The notes below the pieces were generated by a model. That model was not told the origin of the DNA. It worked only from the letters and a program-made list of their open reading frames with translations, and made no database searches. Positions 45,401-56,416 of a stretch of DNA of 64,000 nt are shown one piece after another (position 1 is the stretch's first letter; each line of letters begins with the position of its first letter). Source of the stretch: Terriglobia bacterium (GTDB taxonomy: Bacteria; Acidobacteriota; Polarisedimenticolia; Polarisedimenticolales; JAIQFR01); assembly GCA_963748015.1 (NCBI GenBank), contig CAVVHE010000004.1:1952001-2016000 (forward strand), read 5' to 3'. The position numbers and the translations under genes were made by a program.

Positions 45401-45643
45401 GCCGCCGACGCGCAGGACGGGGAAGGACGCGATCCCCTTGCCGTCGGTCGGGACCGTGGTCGCCGCCACGAAGCCGACCGCGCTCGACAGGGTCACCGAC
45501 GTGCCGGCCACGGGGTTCTTTCCCGAGGCGTCGAAAACCTGGACCTGGATGCCGCCGGACTGGGCCAGCGACGGGGCAGCGGAAAGCCCGAGGAAAGCGG
45601 CGCTCGCGAGGACGAGGGCAAATGCTCGCACTGTAGCCGTCAC
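42479..45643 (-). CDS. TonB-dependent receptor, Oar-like (copy 2)
   Basis: Collinear paralogue of copy 1 at a 3390-bp offset; likely GTG start at 45643; ends RLSF. Confidence 0.88.
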   Translation of the reverse strand: MTATVRAFALVLASAAFLGLSAAPSLAQSGGIQVQVFDASGKNPVAGTSVTLSSAVGFVAATTVPTDGKGIASFPVLRVGGGYAVEVRHPGFARVRIVDIRVKNQDVNRLSVRLLPEIEERVKVVERREPVDLDTNSKATTFDSEFLQDLPSQGRFYQSMLSLAPGVVDADGDGNPNVHGARSVDFQTQVGGVNNQDPLTGGWMGYVNPDAIEEMTVIGAGAGVEFGRAQGGFAQIIQKQGSNDFEGVANLLWRSSLMDGNSAQTKPGVTVPDYDWIQPAIQFSGPIVKDRIWYRLSHEYISREEPIASRDQAIVAKREQRINSDQVTWQSSPRNKLAIEVRWDPLRLSNVGAGTLTTAGSTKEYETGGPTYALSWTAAVSPSVLSDSVISYQLGHEKIYPTTAGHRNDCTTGFVRIIDAGTGHATMEPLLPKLDTVRCTNTKTGVVSGSYPWTSKDDRERLTVRNQTSVFAGQFLGMAHQLKVGFNVENERYFRDLEKRPELTFSAEKSGTTVVDEFGHNRALELATLDVQVASPPTTRSSATNTSYGIFVEDQVKPLSNLSLTLGLRLDREELRGLGWKAFDPATESVEFLDRMAANGGNAYLAASETFTAYGDLQPLISGLAEATGLPEYFLSARISPGLAGSQQWPNRRDPADIDIVNTNLSPRFAVAWDPGGKGKSKIALTAGRYYGTVFLAVPFVEVEPAGFTMTIGAERYVGESIWRDVSVNSGINPAVSVRAVDHDLKTPYQDEVTLTLEREIGAETTGRISYISRRFKDQFQDIDSNHYAADYGKCQTQRSLRDRWLLQPPDGKLDDCEGSLDGSLHLSDGFLDSYVYNPAWGTVFRVGNDNEATYEAIVFELVRRQYRNWQMEASYTWSRAIGNAEEFNSYLGDDPTLRDTERGYLAYDQRNVVKVNTTTITPWGFRLGMSANWMSGLPYSIVQVGSSYDSIAPAYGQTFVGSSRTRTQYPTGRRNDQRNQPTLSFNVKFDKEHNFKSGQNLQVSVEVFNLLNDRYYQVYNPNPGFGYGRQTNGTNDAWFTPGRQYQLGMRLSF

Positions 45644-46008
45644 GCTATCCGGCCCCCGCCCCGAGCCCAGGACGATTCGCCCGAAGTCGGGGAGTATACC
45701 GTTTTCCCGGCGGAAAGCCGTTCTCGACCGAGGTGACCCGCGGACGAAAGAACCGCAGGGGATCGAGAACCGCTGGACGCTCGTGGGGGCCGCGGCGGCC
45801 TTCTGGGTCCGCCGCGGCTCCACGAGCCAGGGAGGAGGGAGTCTGACGCTTCGCAGCCTGCCCGGGGCCGGTCCGCGATCCGTTCCCGGACACATTGATT
45901 GTCCGCCCATCCCCGCGCTCCGACCGCCGCCCAGGGGCCGCTCCTGCGGTATCGCCACCGCGCCGCGACCTTCCCTCGACGGGGTTGCGGCGGCGGCGTT
46001 TCGCCGTA

Positions 46009-46027
46009 TACTTTGTAATGTAAAGTA
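46009..46027. promoter_or_regulatory. AT-rich palindromic operator upstream of the creD-like gene
   Basis: TACTTT-GTAATGT-AAAGTA, about 30 bp before the start in otherwise GC-rich DNA. Confidence 0.6.
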
Positions 46028-46058
46028 CTCTACGCCGCGAATGATCAAGGAGGCCCCC

Positions 46059-47282
46059 GTGACCAGACGCATCGTCGCCATCGCCGCCATATTCGTTCTC
46101 ACGAGCGTCGCCTGGGCGATCCTGGGCGCCACGATCCTGGCGCGAACCTGGAGCTCCGGCCCGGCTCTACGTGGGAAGGTCGCCTCGACCTGGGGCGCGC
46201 CCCACGTGCAGGGCCCCCCCTGCGCCAGCTACCCCGTGAAGGGGACCCGCACGGTGCAGGAGATGGAGGACGGCCGCAAGGTCACCCGCACCGCCGAGGA
46301 GTGGTCGTCCGCCCCCCTTCCCCTCGAGCGCAGCCGGATCGGCGTCGGCCTCGATCTCGCGCACCGGCAGAAGGGGCTCCTCTGGTACGCCACCTACGCG
46401 GTGACCTTCGACGGCGAGTACGCGTTCCGTAATCCGGGGGCGGAGGAGCGGCGCGTGACGTTTCGCTTCCCGCTCCCGACCTCCCAGGCGATCTACGACG
46501 GCCTCTCCATGACGCTCGACGGCAAGCCGCTCGACGCGGAGACGGACAAGGCCGCCGCGACCGCCTCGGCGCGGGTCCCCGCGGGCGCGCCGGCCGTGCT
46601 GCGGGTGACGTACCGCTCGCGGGGACTGGAGTCGTGGAGGTACCGGCTCGGGCCCGACGTCACGCGAGTCCTGGATTTCGACCTCCGCATGAGGACGAAT
46701 TTCGGCGAGGTGGACTTCCCCGAGAACACGCTCTCGCCCACGGCCCGCCGCGGGATCGCCGGAGGCGAGGAGATGGAGTGGCGCTACGCGAGCCTCGTGT
46801 CGGGGTACGAGATCGGCATGTCCATGCCCGAGAGGCTGCAGCCGGGACCGCTCGCCGGCCGGATCAGCTTCTTCGCGCCCGTGTCGCTCCTGTTCTTCTT
46901 CTTCGTGATCCTCGTGCTGACCACGCTGCGCCGGATCGAGCTGCACCCGATGAACTACTTCTTCCTCGCGGCGGCGTTCTTCTCGTTCCACCTGCTGCTC
47001 GCGTACCTCGTGGACCTCGTGCCGCTCCACGCGGCGTTCGCGTCCGCCTCCGCGGTTTCGGTGTTCCTGGTGGTGAGCTATCTCAGGCTCGTGACCGGCC
47101 TGCGGTTCGCGGCGGTCGAGGCGGGGCTGGCGCAGGTCCTCTACCTGGTCCTGTTCTCGTACGCGTTCTTCTTCAGGGGATTCACCGGCCTCGCGATCAC
47201 CGTCGCGGCGATCCTGACCCTGTTCGTTGCGATGCAGACCACCGGCAGGATCCGCTGGGCGGACCGGTTCGCGGGGCGGTGA
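46059..47282 (+). CDS. Inner membrane CreD-family protein
   Basis: AAGGAGG SD; N-terminal TM, WG..HVQ, periplasmic domain, six C-terminal TMs with LHPMNY and FHLLLAYL. Confidence 0.75.
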   Translation: MTRRIVAIAAIFVLTSVAWAILGATILARTWSSGPALRGKVASTWGAPHVQGPPCASYPVKGTRTVQEMEDGRKVTRTAEEWSSAPLPLERSRIGVGLDLAHRQKGLLWYATYAVTFDGEYAFRNPGAEERRVTFRFPLPTSQAIYDGLSMTLDGKPLDAETDKAAATASARVPAGAPAVLRVTYRSRGLESWRYRLGPDVTRVLDFDLRMRTNFGEVDFPENTLSPTARRGIAGGEEMEWRYASLVSGYEIGMSMPERLQPGPLAGRISFFAPVSLLFFFFVILVLTTLRRIELHPMNYFFLAAAFFSFHLLLAYLVDLVPLHAAFASASAVSVFLVVSYLRLVTGLRFAAVEAGLAQVLYLVLFSYAFFFRGFTGLAITVAAILTLFVAMQTTGRIRWADRFAGR

Positions 47283-47300
47283 GGCGCCGGGCCCGGCGGC

Positions 47301-48803
<1,503 letters not shown>

Positions 48804-48909
48804 GCTCGCTTCCTCCCGGGAGGGCTATGTTCTCGAGCGCCTCGTGCGGCGCGCAACCCCGGACATTATGACATTTTTGGGCCGAAATCGCCGGGGCGTG
48901 CCCTCACCG

Positions 48910-50142
48910 CTATTCGTATCGCAAGGCTTCGATGGGGTCGAGGTTGGCCGCGCGGACGGCGGGGTAGATGCCGGACACCAGGCCGACGGCGATCGAGACG
49001 CCGGTGGAGAGGAAGATCGAGCCGAGGGTGACGACCGTGGGCCAGCCCGCGGAGACGGCGACGATCTTGGCGATCGCTATGCCGAGGACGACGCCGGCCA
49101 GTCCTCCGAGCAGGCTGATCGAGAACGACTCGACGATGAACTGGGAGCGGATGTCGCCGCGCCGCGCCCCCACGGCCCTCCGGACGCCGATCTCCCGCGT
49201 CCGCTCGAGGACGGTGGCGAGCATGATGTTCATGATCCCGATGCCGCCGACGAGGAGCGAGATGCCGGCGATGCACCCCATCACGATGTTGAAGAGGCGC
49301 TGCGTCCGCCGGCTCTGCTCGAGGAGCGCCTCCGGCACCACGAGCTCGAAGTCCGAGGCGCCGCCGTGGAGCCGGTCGAGCAGCGAGCGGACCAGCGACG
49401 AGCTGCGGCTCGGCGACGCCGCCGGGTCGAGGCGGACGACGATCTCGTCGAGCGGCGACTTGATCGGGTCCCGGTCGAACTTCCGGATCGCGGAGGTGAC
49501 CGGAACGTAGATCTCGGTCGCCGTCGAGCCCACGGCGACCCCCTGGAACGACGACGCGCCGCCGGCTTCCTCGAGGACGCCGACCACCTCGAACCAGACG
49601 TCGTTGATCTTGACGTCGCGGCCGATCGCCGGCCCGTAGCCGAAGAGGTCCCGGCGGACCGCCGAGCCGATCACGCACGCCTGCGCGTGCTCCTTCTCGT
49701 CGTCGGCGTCGAGAAAGCGCCCCTCCGCGACGGCGAGGCGCGCCAACTCGGCCTGCCGGTACGACACCCCGTACACCTTGGCTTTCGCCTTGCCGCCCGT
49801 CGCGAGGATCTTGTACGGCTCGATCTCGACGCGGGGCGCGACGATCTCGGCGCCGGGGACCGCCTCGAGGATCGCCTGGGCGTCGCGGGAGGAGAGGCCG
49901 GGAGACTTCTTGCGGACCTCGTTCGCCTCCTCCTGCTTCAGCTCCTTCGCGCGCACGAGGATGTTGCGGAGCCCCAAGCGGTCGATCATGTCCATCGCCT
50001 GCCGCTCGGCGCCGGCGCCGATGGAGAGCATCGCGATCACCGCGGCGACGCCGAAGATCATCCCGAGCATGGTGAGGGACGAGCGCAGCTTGTGCGCCTT
50101 CAGGTTGTCCGACGCGGTCCGGAACGCCTCGCCGGGGGTCAC
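48910..50142 (-). CDS. MacB/FtsX-type ABC permease
   Basis: RSSLTMLGMIFGV, GGIGIMNIM, ERTREIG.RRAVGA, LDPIEALRYE. Confidence 0.92.
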   Translation of the reverse strand: MTPGEAFRTASDNLKAHKLRSSLTMLGMIFGVAAVIAMLSIGAGAERQAMDMIDRLGLRNILVRAKELKQEEANEVRKKSPGLSSRDAQAILEAVPGAEIVAPRVEIEPYKILATGGKAKAKVYGVSYRQAELARLAVAEGRFLDADDEKEHAQACVIGSAVRRDLFGYGPAIGRDVKINDVWFEVVGVLEEAGGASSFQGVAVGSTATEIYVPVTSAIRKFDRDPIKSPLDEIVVRLDPAASPSRSSSLVRSLLDRLHGGASDFELVVPEALLEQSRRTQRLFNIVMGCIAGISLLVGGIGIMNIMLATVLERTREIGVRRAVGARRGDIRSQFIVESFSISLLGGLAGVVLGIAIAKIVAVSAGWPTVVTLGSIFLSTGVSIAVGLVSGIYPAVRAANLDPIEALRYE

Positions 50143-51428
50143 CGCATGCCTCCGACGCCCGGCCCCGCGGGCCCGCCCGTCCCGCGCTCCGAGGGCTTCG
50201 GCGCGCCCTCCCCGGCGGGGCGCGTCGGGTCGCGAAGCGCCACGACGTCCCCGGCGGACAGCCCCTTCTCGATCACGACGCGGCCGAGCGCCGCGGGGCC
50301 GAGCTCGACCTTCACCGGCTCGAACCCGAAGCCCCGTCTCCGGTAGACGACCTTGCCGCCGTCCTTCTCGACCACCGCCTCGCGAGGGATCGAGATCGCG
50401 TCCTTCCTCGCGTCGAGCGTCAGCCTGGCCCGGACCCTCTGCCCCGGCTTCATGATCTCGGGCTCCGTGCGCTGGAACTCGAGCGTGACGCCGAAGTACT
50501 GCACCGGCACCCAGTTCACCCGGGGCTTCGCGAGCGCGTCCACCTTGCGGACCTTGGCGGCGAAGGTGCGGTCCGGCCGGGACTCCAGGGTCACCTCGGC
50601 GGGCAGGCCGGGGGCTAAGCCGCCCGCGTCCGCCTCGAGGACGAACACCTCCGCTTCCATCGCGTCGAGCCCGGGTATCTCGGCGAGGGGCTGGCCCTTC
50701 CACACCGTGTCGCCGACCTTCGGGACGCCGCGCCACTCGCGCTGCAGCACGACGATGCCGTCGTGCGGAGCGCGGACCTCGAGCGCCGCGAGTCCCTTCC
50801 TCGCCTGCTCGATCTTGAGGTCGGCCTTGTGCCGCTCGATCGCGAGGAGATCGAGGTCGATCGTCGTGAGAGAGTCGCGGATCCCCCGCACCGCCTCGGC
50901 GTTGTCCTTTCGGCGGGTGGCGAGCGACTCGTCGAGCTGCGACTCGATGATCTGCATCCGGGAGAAGATGTCGGGGTCCTTGCTCTGGAACTCCCGGGCG
51001 TACTTCAGCTCGAGCCCGGCCATGCCGGCGTCGCGATCGAGATTGCGAAGGGTCCCCTCCCCTTCCGCCCGCCGGCCCGAGATCCGGTTCTCCGCGGTCT
51101 GCCGCTCGGCCTGGCCGTCCGAGAGGTTCTTCTCGGCGTCCGTGGGATCGAAGCGGATCACGACGTCGCCGCTCGCGACGCGGCTCCCGTCCGGCGCGAG
51201 CCACGCGATCTTCATCGCGCCCGGGGCCTCCATCGGCGCCGTGAGCACGGTCGCCTTGACCGCCTTGAGATTTCCCTCGGCCTCGATGTGCCTCCCGAAG
51301 TCGCCTCGCTCCGCCCTCGCCGCCGGCACGTCTTCCCTGCCGAGGCCGCGGAAATACGGGATCCCCGCGAGCGCCGCGAGCGAGAGGACGGCGGCGCCCA
51401 CCGACCCGACGACCCCCCGGCGGCTCAC
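50139..51428 (-). CDS. Periplasmic adaptor (MFP/HlyD-like) 3
   Basis: TM anchor, GSRVASGDVV, coiled coil, RAPHDG, KPGQ, GL.AGD.V. Confidence 0.85.
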   Translation of the reverse strand: MSRRGVVGSVGAAVLSLAALAGIPYFRGLGREDVPAARAERGDFGRHIEAEGNLKAVKATVLTAPMEAPGAMKIAWLAPDGSRVASGDVVIRFDPTDAEKNLSDGQAERQTAENRISGRRAEGEGTLRNLDRDAGMAGLELKYAREFQSKDPDIFSRMQIIESQLDESLATRRKDNAEAVRGIRDSLTTIDLDLLAIERHKADLKIEQARKGLAALEVRAPHDGIVVLQREWRGVPKVGDTVWKGQPLAEIPGLDAMEAEVFVLEADAGGLAPGLPAEVTLESRPDRTFAAKVRKVDALAKPRVNWVPVQYFGVTLEFQRTEPEIMKPGQRVRARLTLDARKDAISIPREAVVEKDGGKVVYRRRGFGFEPVKVELGPAALGRVVIEKGLSAGDVVALRDPTRPAGEGAPKPSERGTGGPAGPGVGGMR

Positions 51429-52666
51429 GCGGCCCTCTTCGCGCCGAGGTCGCGCCTGGCGACCTGGTCCCCCTCGGAGAGCCCGCCGAGCACCTCGACC
51501 TCGTGATCGTTCCGCCGCCCGAGGCGGAGCGGCACGGCCCCGAAGCCGAAAGCGGTCTTGCGCCAGGCCACCGGCCCGTCCCGCGTCGGGAAGACGGCCT
51601 CGAGGGGAATCACGAGGCAGCGCGGGACGCGCTCCGTCTCCGCCGTCCCTCGAAAGCGCATTCCGGGGCGCATTCTCACCGTATCCGTCCGGTCGAGCAG
51701 GATGTCGAGACGGACCACCTTCAACGGGTTCTGGAACGACTTCCTCTGGACGGTCTTCCAGATGGACGAGATGCGTCCGGTGAACTCCACGTCGGGGTGG
51801 GCGTCGAGCCGGAACGTCACCTCCTGCCCCGTCGCGATCTTCCCCCCGTCCACCTCGTCCACTTCCCCTTTCGCGATCATGCTCTTGAGGTCCGGGATCT
51901 CGACGACCTTGTCGCCGCGCCAGCAACTGTCGCCGACCTTCTTCTTCTCCTCGCGCCAGTCCGTCACGTAGATCACCGTGCCGTTCCGGGGCGCCTTCAC
52001 GTCCATCCGCTCGATGGCGTCGCGGATCTCCGCCACGCGCTGCTCGGCGCGCTCCTGCTGGTTGCGAAGCGACCGCAGCTCCGCTTCGTCGGCCTTCGCC
52101 GCCGACTCCATGCGCGTCTTCAGGTACGCGAGCTCGTCCCGGGCGAGGCCGAGATCGAGCCTCGCCTGCTTGAGCTCGCTCGCCGCGGCCAGCTCCTCCG
52201 GCCGGTCCACCACCAGCGCCGCCTTGCGCTCGCGGGCCTCCGCCTCCGCGAGGCGGAGCGCGTCCTCGCGCCGGCGGAGCGTGATGTCCACCTGCTTCTT
52301 CTCGAGCTGCTTCCGCGCCGAGGCCGCCTCGGCGAGCTTCTGGTCGAGCTTGCGGACCAGGTCGCTCCCGTCGAAGCCGACGACCGGCTGTCCCTTCGCC
52401 ACCTCGGCCCCCTCGGGGGCGAGCATCGAGATCTTGTAGTTCCAGATCTCGCGAACCAGCGGGGGGCCGATCTGGCTCGAGTCGGTGGACTTCAGCGTCC
52501 CGGTCACCTCGACGCCGAGCACCAGATCGTCGCGCGTCACCCGCACCCAATCCGGGTCCTCGGACGGAGCCCGGCCGAGCAGCGCCCACCAGCCGGCCGC
52601 GAGGACGATCAGCGCGGCCGCCGCGAGGCGGATCCAGCGCGGCACGCCCGCCAGCCGGGCCTTCAT
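51425..52666 (-). CDS. Periplasmic adaptor (MFP/HlyD-like) 2
   Basis: TM anchor, EGAEVAKGQ, KAPRNG, RPGM, GLSEGDQV. Confidence 0.85.
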   Translation of the reverse strand: MKARLAGVPRWIRLAAAALIVLAAGWWALLGRAPSEDPDWVRVTRDDLVLGVEVTGTLKSTDSSQIGPPLVREIWNYKISMLAPEGAEVAKGQPVVGFDGSDLVRKLDQKLAEAASARKQLEKKQVDITLRRREDALRLAEAEARERKAALVVDRPEELAAASELKQARLDLGLARDELAYLKTRMESAAKADEAELRSLRNQQERAEQRVAEIRDAIERMDVKAPRNGTVIYVTDWREEKKKVGDSCWRGDKVVEIPDLKSMIAKGEVDEVDGGKIATGQEVTFRLDAHPDVEFTGRISSIWKTVQRKSFQNPLKVVRLDILLDRTDTVRMRPGMRFRGTAETERVPRCLVIPLEAVFPTRDGPVAWRKTAFGFGAVPLRLGRRNDHEVEVLGGLSEGDQVARRDLGAKRAA

Positions 52667-53877
52667 CCTCTCGCCCTCAGACGGGTTCCTTCCGCGACCC
52701 CGCTCTCGATCACGCACTCGAGGGCGTTGCACGGCCCGAGCTTCACGTCGGACGCTCCACCGTCCGCGAGGAGCGCCCTCGCGGGGGACGAGGACAGGTC
52801 GAGCGCCTCGCGCGGCGCCAGGAGCGCGCGGTCGAGCCGGCCCGACTCGACCTCGACCTTCACCGACATCCCCGGCCGCATCTTCTCCGGGTCGGTCCTG
52901 TCGAGGGCGATCAGGACGCGGAACCCGCGGCGGAGCGACTGCCGCACCGGCTCCTGCGCCACCGGGGTGATCTCGGAGACCCTTCCGGGAAACGTGACCT
53001 CGGGGTAGGTGTCGAGTGTCGAGACCGCCGGCATTCCCGCCGCGATGCGCCCGTCGTCCACGTCCGAGAGCTGCGCCTCGACGCGCATCGCGCCGAGGTC
53101 CGGGATCCGCATCACGGTCCAGCCGACCGCCGCGGTGTCCCCCACCTGGAACTTCCGGTCCTCGTTGGGATGGTCCGCCACGATCAGGATCCCCGCCCGC
53201 GGCGCGCGAAGGGTCAGGGCGTCGATGGCGATCTCCGCGATCGCGATCTCGCGCCGCGCCTTCTCCACCGCGATCCGGCGGTTCTCGAGGTCCGCCTTCG
53301 TGGTTTCGCCGGCGGAGCGGAGGTCCTCGCGCGCCTTCTCGAGCTCCACCTCGGCTCGCTGGAGCGCGAGCTGCCGATCCTGGTACTTCCGGCGGTCGAG
53401 CAGCTCGACGGGGACCGCCCCGTCGATCTGCGCCTTTTCGAGCGCGACCTGCTTCTGCTCCGCGGTGAATTCGCGGTCCTTGATCTGACCGCGGGCGTCG
53501 GCCTCGGCCCGGGCAAGGTCGCTTTCGGCCTGGGACAGGGAAAGCCGCCGCTCCTCGAGGTCGCTCGCGAACGCGGTGTTGTCGAACTCGAGGATCTTCT
53601 GGCCGGCGGCGACCGTGGCGCCGTCCGCCTCCATCCAGCGGATCGGGATCATCCAGACCGGCGTCCGCGGCACCACGATCTCGTCCGCGCGAACCGCCTG
53701 CAGCTCGCCGGTGAGGAGGAACCGGCCTCGGAACTCGCCGCTCCGGACCGCGAGGTCGCGCGCGGGCGGGACCCGGCCGCCGGACCCCGCGGATGCCGGC
53801 GCGCCGCCGCACCCCCACGACGCGATCGCGGCCGCGGCCACCAGCCCCGCTGTCAGCACTCTGAAGACGGTTCGCAT
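52663..53877 (-). CDS. Periplasmic adaptor (MFP/HlyD-like) 1, probable lipoprotein
   Basis: Lipobox-like ASWGC, DGATVAAGQ, RAPRAG, RPGMS. Confidence 0.85.
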   Translation of the reverse strand: MRTVFRVLTAGLVAAAAIASWGCGGAPASAGSGGRVPPARDLAVRSGEFRGRFLLTGELQAVRADEIVVPRTPVWMIPIRWMEADGATVAAGQKILEFDNTAFASDLEERRLSLSQAESDLARAEADARGQIKDREFTAEQKQVALEKAQIDGAVPVELLDRRKYQDRQLALQRAEVELEKAREDLRSAGETTKADLENRRIAVEKARREIAIAEIAIDALTLRAPRAGILIVADHPNEDRKFQVGDTAAVGWTVMRIPDLGAMRVEAQLSDVDDGRIAAGMPAVSTLDTYPEVTFPGRVSEITPVAQEPVRQSLRRGFRVLIALDRTDPEKMRPGMSVKVEVESGRLDRALLAPREALDLSSSPARALLADGGASDVKLGPCNALECVIESGVAEGTRLRARG

Positions 53878-54064
53878 GCGATTGGACGAACGAAGAAGCG
53901 TCCGGTGAGTCAGTATCCCCTGCCCCCGACGGGCCGTCAAATCCGCGGCACGCTCCGCCCGCCGGCGCGCCCGGGGGCGACTTCGAGAGAACCGCTCGGG
54001 CGACCGGCGCGTACCATTAGTGACGGCCGGGGCGCCCATCCGCCCCGGCGCCGTGGAGTGGCCC

Positions 54065-55174
54065 ATGAAACGCATGGTCAGGATCCTGGTGACCCTCGTG
54101 ATCATCTCCGCCGCCGCTCTGGGGGCATACGCCTTTCTCCATGGCCGCGAATCGGGCGACGACGGGCTCAAGCTCGTCGACGTCGCCCGCGGCGCGATCA
54201 CCGAGAAGGCGGTCGCGGTGGGCCAGATCGAGCCCCGGCTCAAGTTCCACGTGAAGTCCAAGATCTCCGGAAACGTCAAGCGCTGCGCCGCCGAGGTCGG
54301 CCAGATCGTGAGCCCCGGCGACCCGCTCTTCGAGATCGTTCCCGATCCCACCCCGTCCGAGATCATCGACGCCGAGCGCCGCGTGGAGATGACGCAGGCC
54401 GCCTTCGACCGGGCCGCGGCGGATTTCGGGCGCGCCGAGGAGCTGTCGCGCTCCGGCGTGCTCGCGCGCGGCGACTACGACGCGAGGCGCGAGGCGTACG
54501 AGCAGACCCGCATCTCCCTCGCCCAGGCGAAGGACAGTCTCGAGATGCTCCGGAAGGGGCGGGTCACCGGCGGCAGCGCGGGCCTCGAGTCGGTCGTCCG
54601 CGCGCCGGCGGGCGGCACGCTGCTCGAGCGGCTGGTGAACCCCGGCGACCCCGTCGTCCCGCTCACCTCCTACCAGGCCGGCACCGACCTGGCCACGATC
54701 GCGGACATGAGGGACCTGGTGTTCAAGGGGACCGTGGACGAGATCGACGTCGGCAAGCTCAAGGTCGGCCTTCCCGTGAGGTTCCGTATCGGAGCCCTTC
54801 CCGACGCGAAGGTGACCGGCCGCTTGAGCCGGATCGCCCCCCAGGCCAAGGAGAAGGACAACGCGAAGCTCTTCGAGGTGGAGATCGAGCTCGATCCCTC
54901 CGCCTCGACGGTCCTGCGCGCCGGCTACTCGGCCAACGCCGACGTCGTGATCCGCGAGATGGAGGACGTGCTGCTGGTCCCGGAGCGCCTCGTGACCTTC
55001 GAGGACGGCGGGAAGAAGGCGTCGGTCGAGGTGCCCGGGATCGGCCCCAAGGATCCGCCGCGCAAGGTCGAGATCAAGACCGGCCTCTCCGACGGTCTCA
55101 ACGTCGAGGTGGCTTCCGGTCTCAAGCAGGGCGACAAGGTCGTCCAGCGTCCTCCCAAGGAGATCAAGGGGTAG
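54065..55174 (+). CDS. MacA/YknX-like periplasmic adaptor
   Basis: TM anchor, VKSKISG, RAPAGG, VDEIDVGK, GLSDG..VEV. Confidence 0.9.
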   Translation: MKRMVRILVTLVIISAAALGAYAFLHGRESGDDGLKLVDVARGAITEKAVAVGQIEPRLKFHVKSKISGNVKRCAAEVGQIVSPGDPLFEIVPDPTPSEIIDAERRVEMTQAAFDRAAADFGRAEELSRSGVLARGDYDARREAYEQTRISLAQAKDSLEMLRKGRVTGGSAGLESVVRAPAGGTLLERLVNPGDPVVPLTSYQAGTDLATIADMRDLVFKGTVDEIDVGKLKVGLPVRFRIGALPDAKVTGRLSRIAPQAKEKDNAKLFEVEIELDPSASTVLRAGYSANADVVIREMEDVLLVPERLVTFEDGGKKASVEVPGIGPKDPPRKVEIKTGLSDGLNVEVASGLKQGDKVVQRPPKEIKG

Positions 55175-55180
55175 CCGGCC

Positions 55181-56409
55181 GTGAGCCCTCTGATCACGCT
55201 CCGCCAGCTGACGCGGGACCTCAGGAGCCAGAAGCTCCGCACCGCGCTGACCGCCTTCGGGATCGTGTGGGGCACGACGGCGGTGAGCCTGCTGCTGGCG
55301 TTCGGGCAGGGATTCAAGGAGCAGCTGCACCGCAACGCGGCGGGCCTCGGCGAGAACATCGTGATCGCCTGGCCGTCGCTGACCTCGATCCCGTTCGAGG
55401 GGCTCGGCAAGGGGCGCCGCATCCAACTCGACGAGGAGGACATCGACCTCGTCCGCGCCAAGGCGCAGGGGCTCCTGGCCGCCTCGACGCGAGTACATCG
55501 CGACGCTCAAGCTCAACCACGGGACGCGAACGCTCGCGGTGGACATCTCCGGCATCGCAGCCGGTCTTCGGGGAGCTGCGGAACCTCATCCCCTCCGCGG
55601 GAGGCCGGTTCATCAACGACCTCGACGAGCGGGACAAGCGCAGAAGCGTGTTCCTCGGCGACGCCCTCGCGAAGGACCTGTTCGGCTCCGTGGATCCCGT
55701 GGGGCAGACGGTGCAGCTCGCCGGCTCCCCCTTCCAGGTGATCGGGGTGCTCAAGAAGAAGGGGCAGGACTCGAACTACAACGGGCGAGACGAGGGGAAG
55801 GCGTTCATCCCCGGCTCGACGTACCGCGCGCTGACCGGCGAGCGGTATCTCAACAACTTCATCTTCAAGTCCGTGTCGAGCGGCGGCACCGAGGCGCTCA
55901 AGAAGGACGTCTTGGCGATCCTCGCGGCGAAGCACCGGTTCGATCCCGAGGACAAGGAAGCGCTGATGATCTGGGACACCACCGAGATGTTCCAGTTCTT
56001 CGACACGTTCATGCTCGCCTTCCGGCTCTTCCTCGGGATCGTCGGCTCGCTGACCCTCGTCGTGGGGGGGATCGGCGTCTCCAACATCATGAACGTCGTC
56101 GTCGAGGAGAGGACCCGCGAGATCGGGATCAAGCTCGCCCTCGGCGCGCGGCCGTCCTGGATCCTCGGGCAGTTCCTCCTCGAGACGCTCGTGCTGACGG
56201 CGGCCGGGGGCGCCGTCGGGCTGGCGCTCTCCGCCGGGATCTGCGCGGTGTTCCCGGAGGGGTTCGTGGAGTTCGTCGGGCGCCCCGAGATCTCCCCCAC
56301 GGTCGCGGGCGTGACCACGGCGCTCCTCGGCGCCGTGGGGATCCTCGCCGGTTACTTCCCGGCGCGCGACGCGGCGGCCCTCGACCCCGTCGTCGCGATG
56401 AAGATGTGA
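55181..56409 (+). CDS. MacB/FtsX-type ABC permease with two +1 frameshifts (about 55488 and 55557)
   Basis: RTALTAFGIVWG in the first frame, EYIATLKLN...VDISGI in the second, PVFGELRN...GGIGVSNIM...LDPVVAMKM in the third. Confidence 0.85.
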
Positions 56410-56416
56410 GGAGGCG

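Noticed and set aside
48804..48909. SAH riboswitch upstream of ahcY
   Set aside because: The GAGGAGCG...CAGGCTC core was not found and the leader is short.
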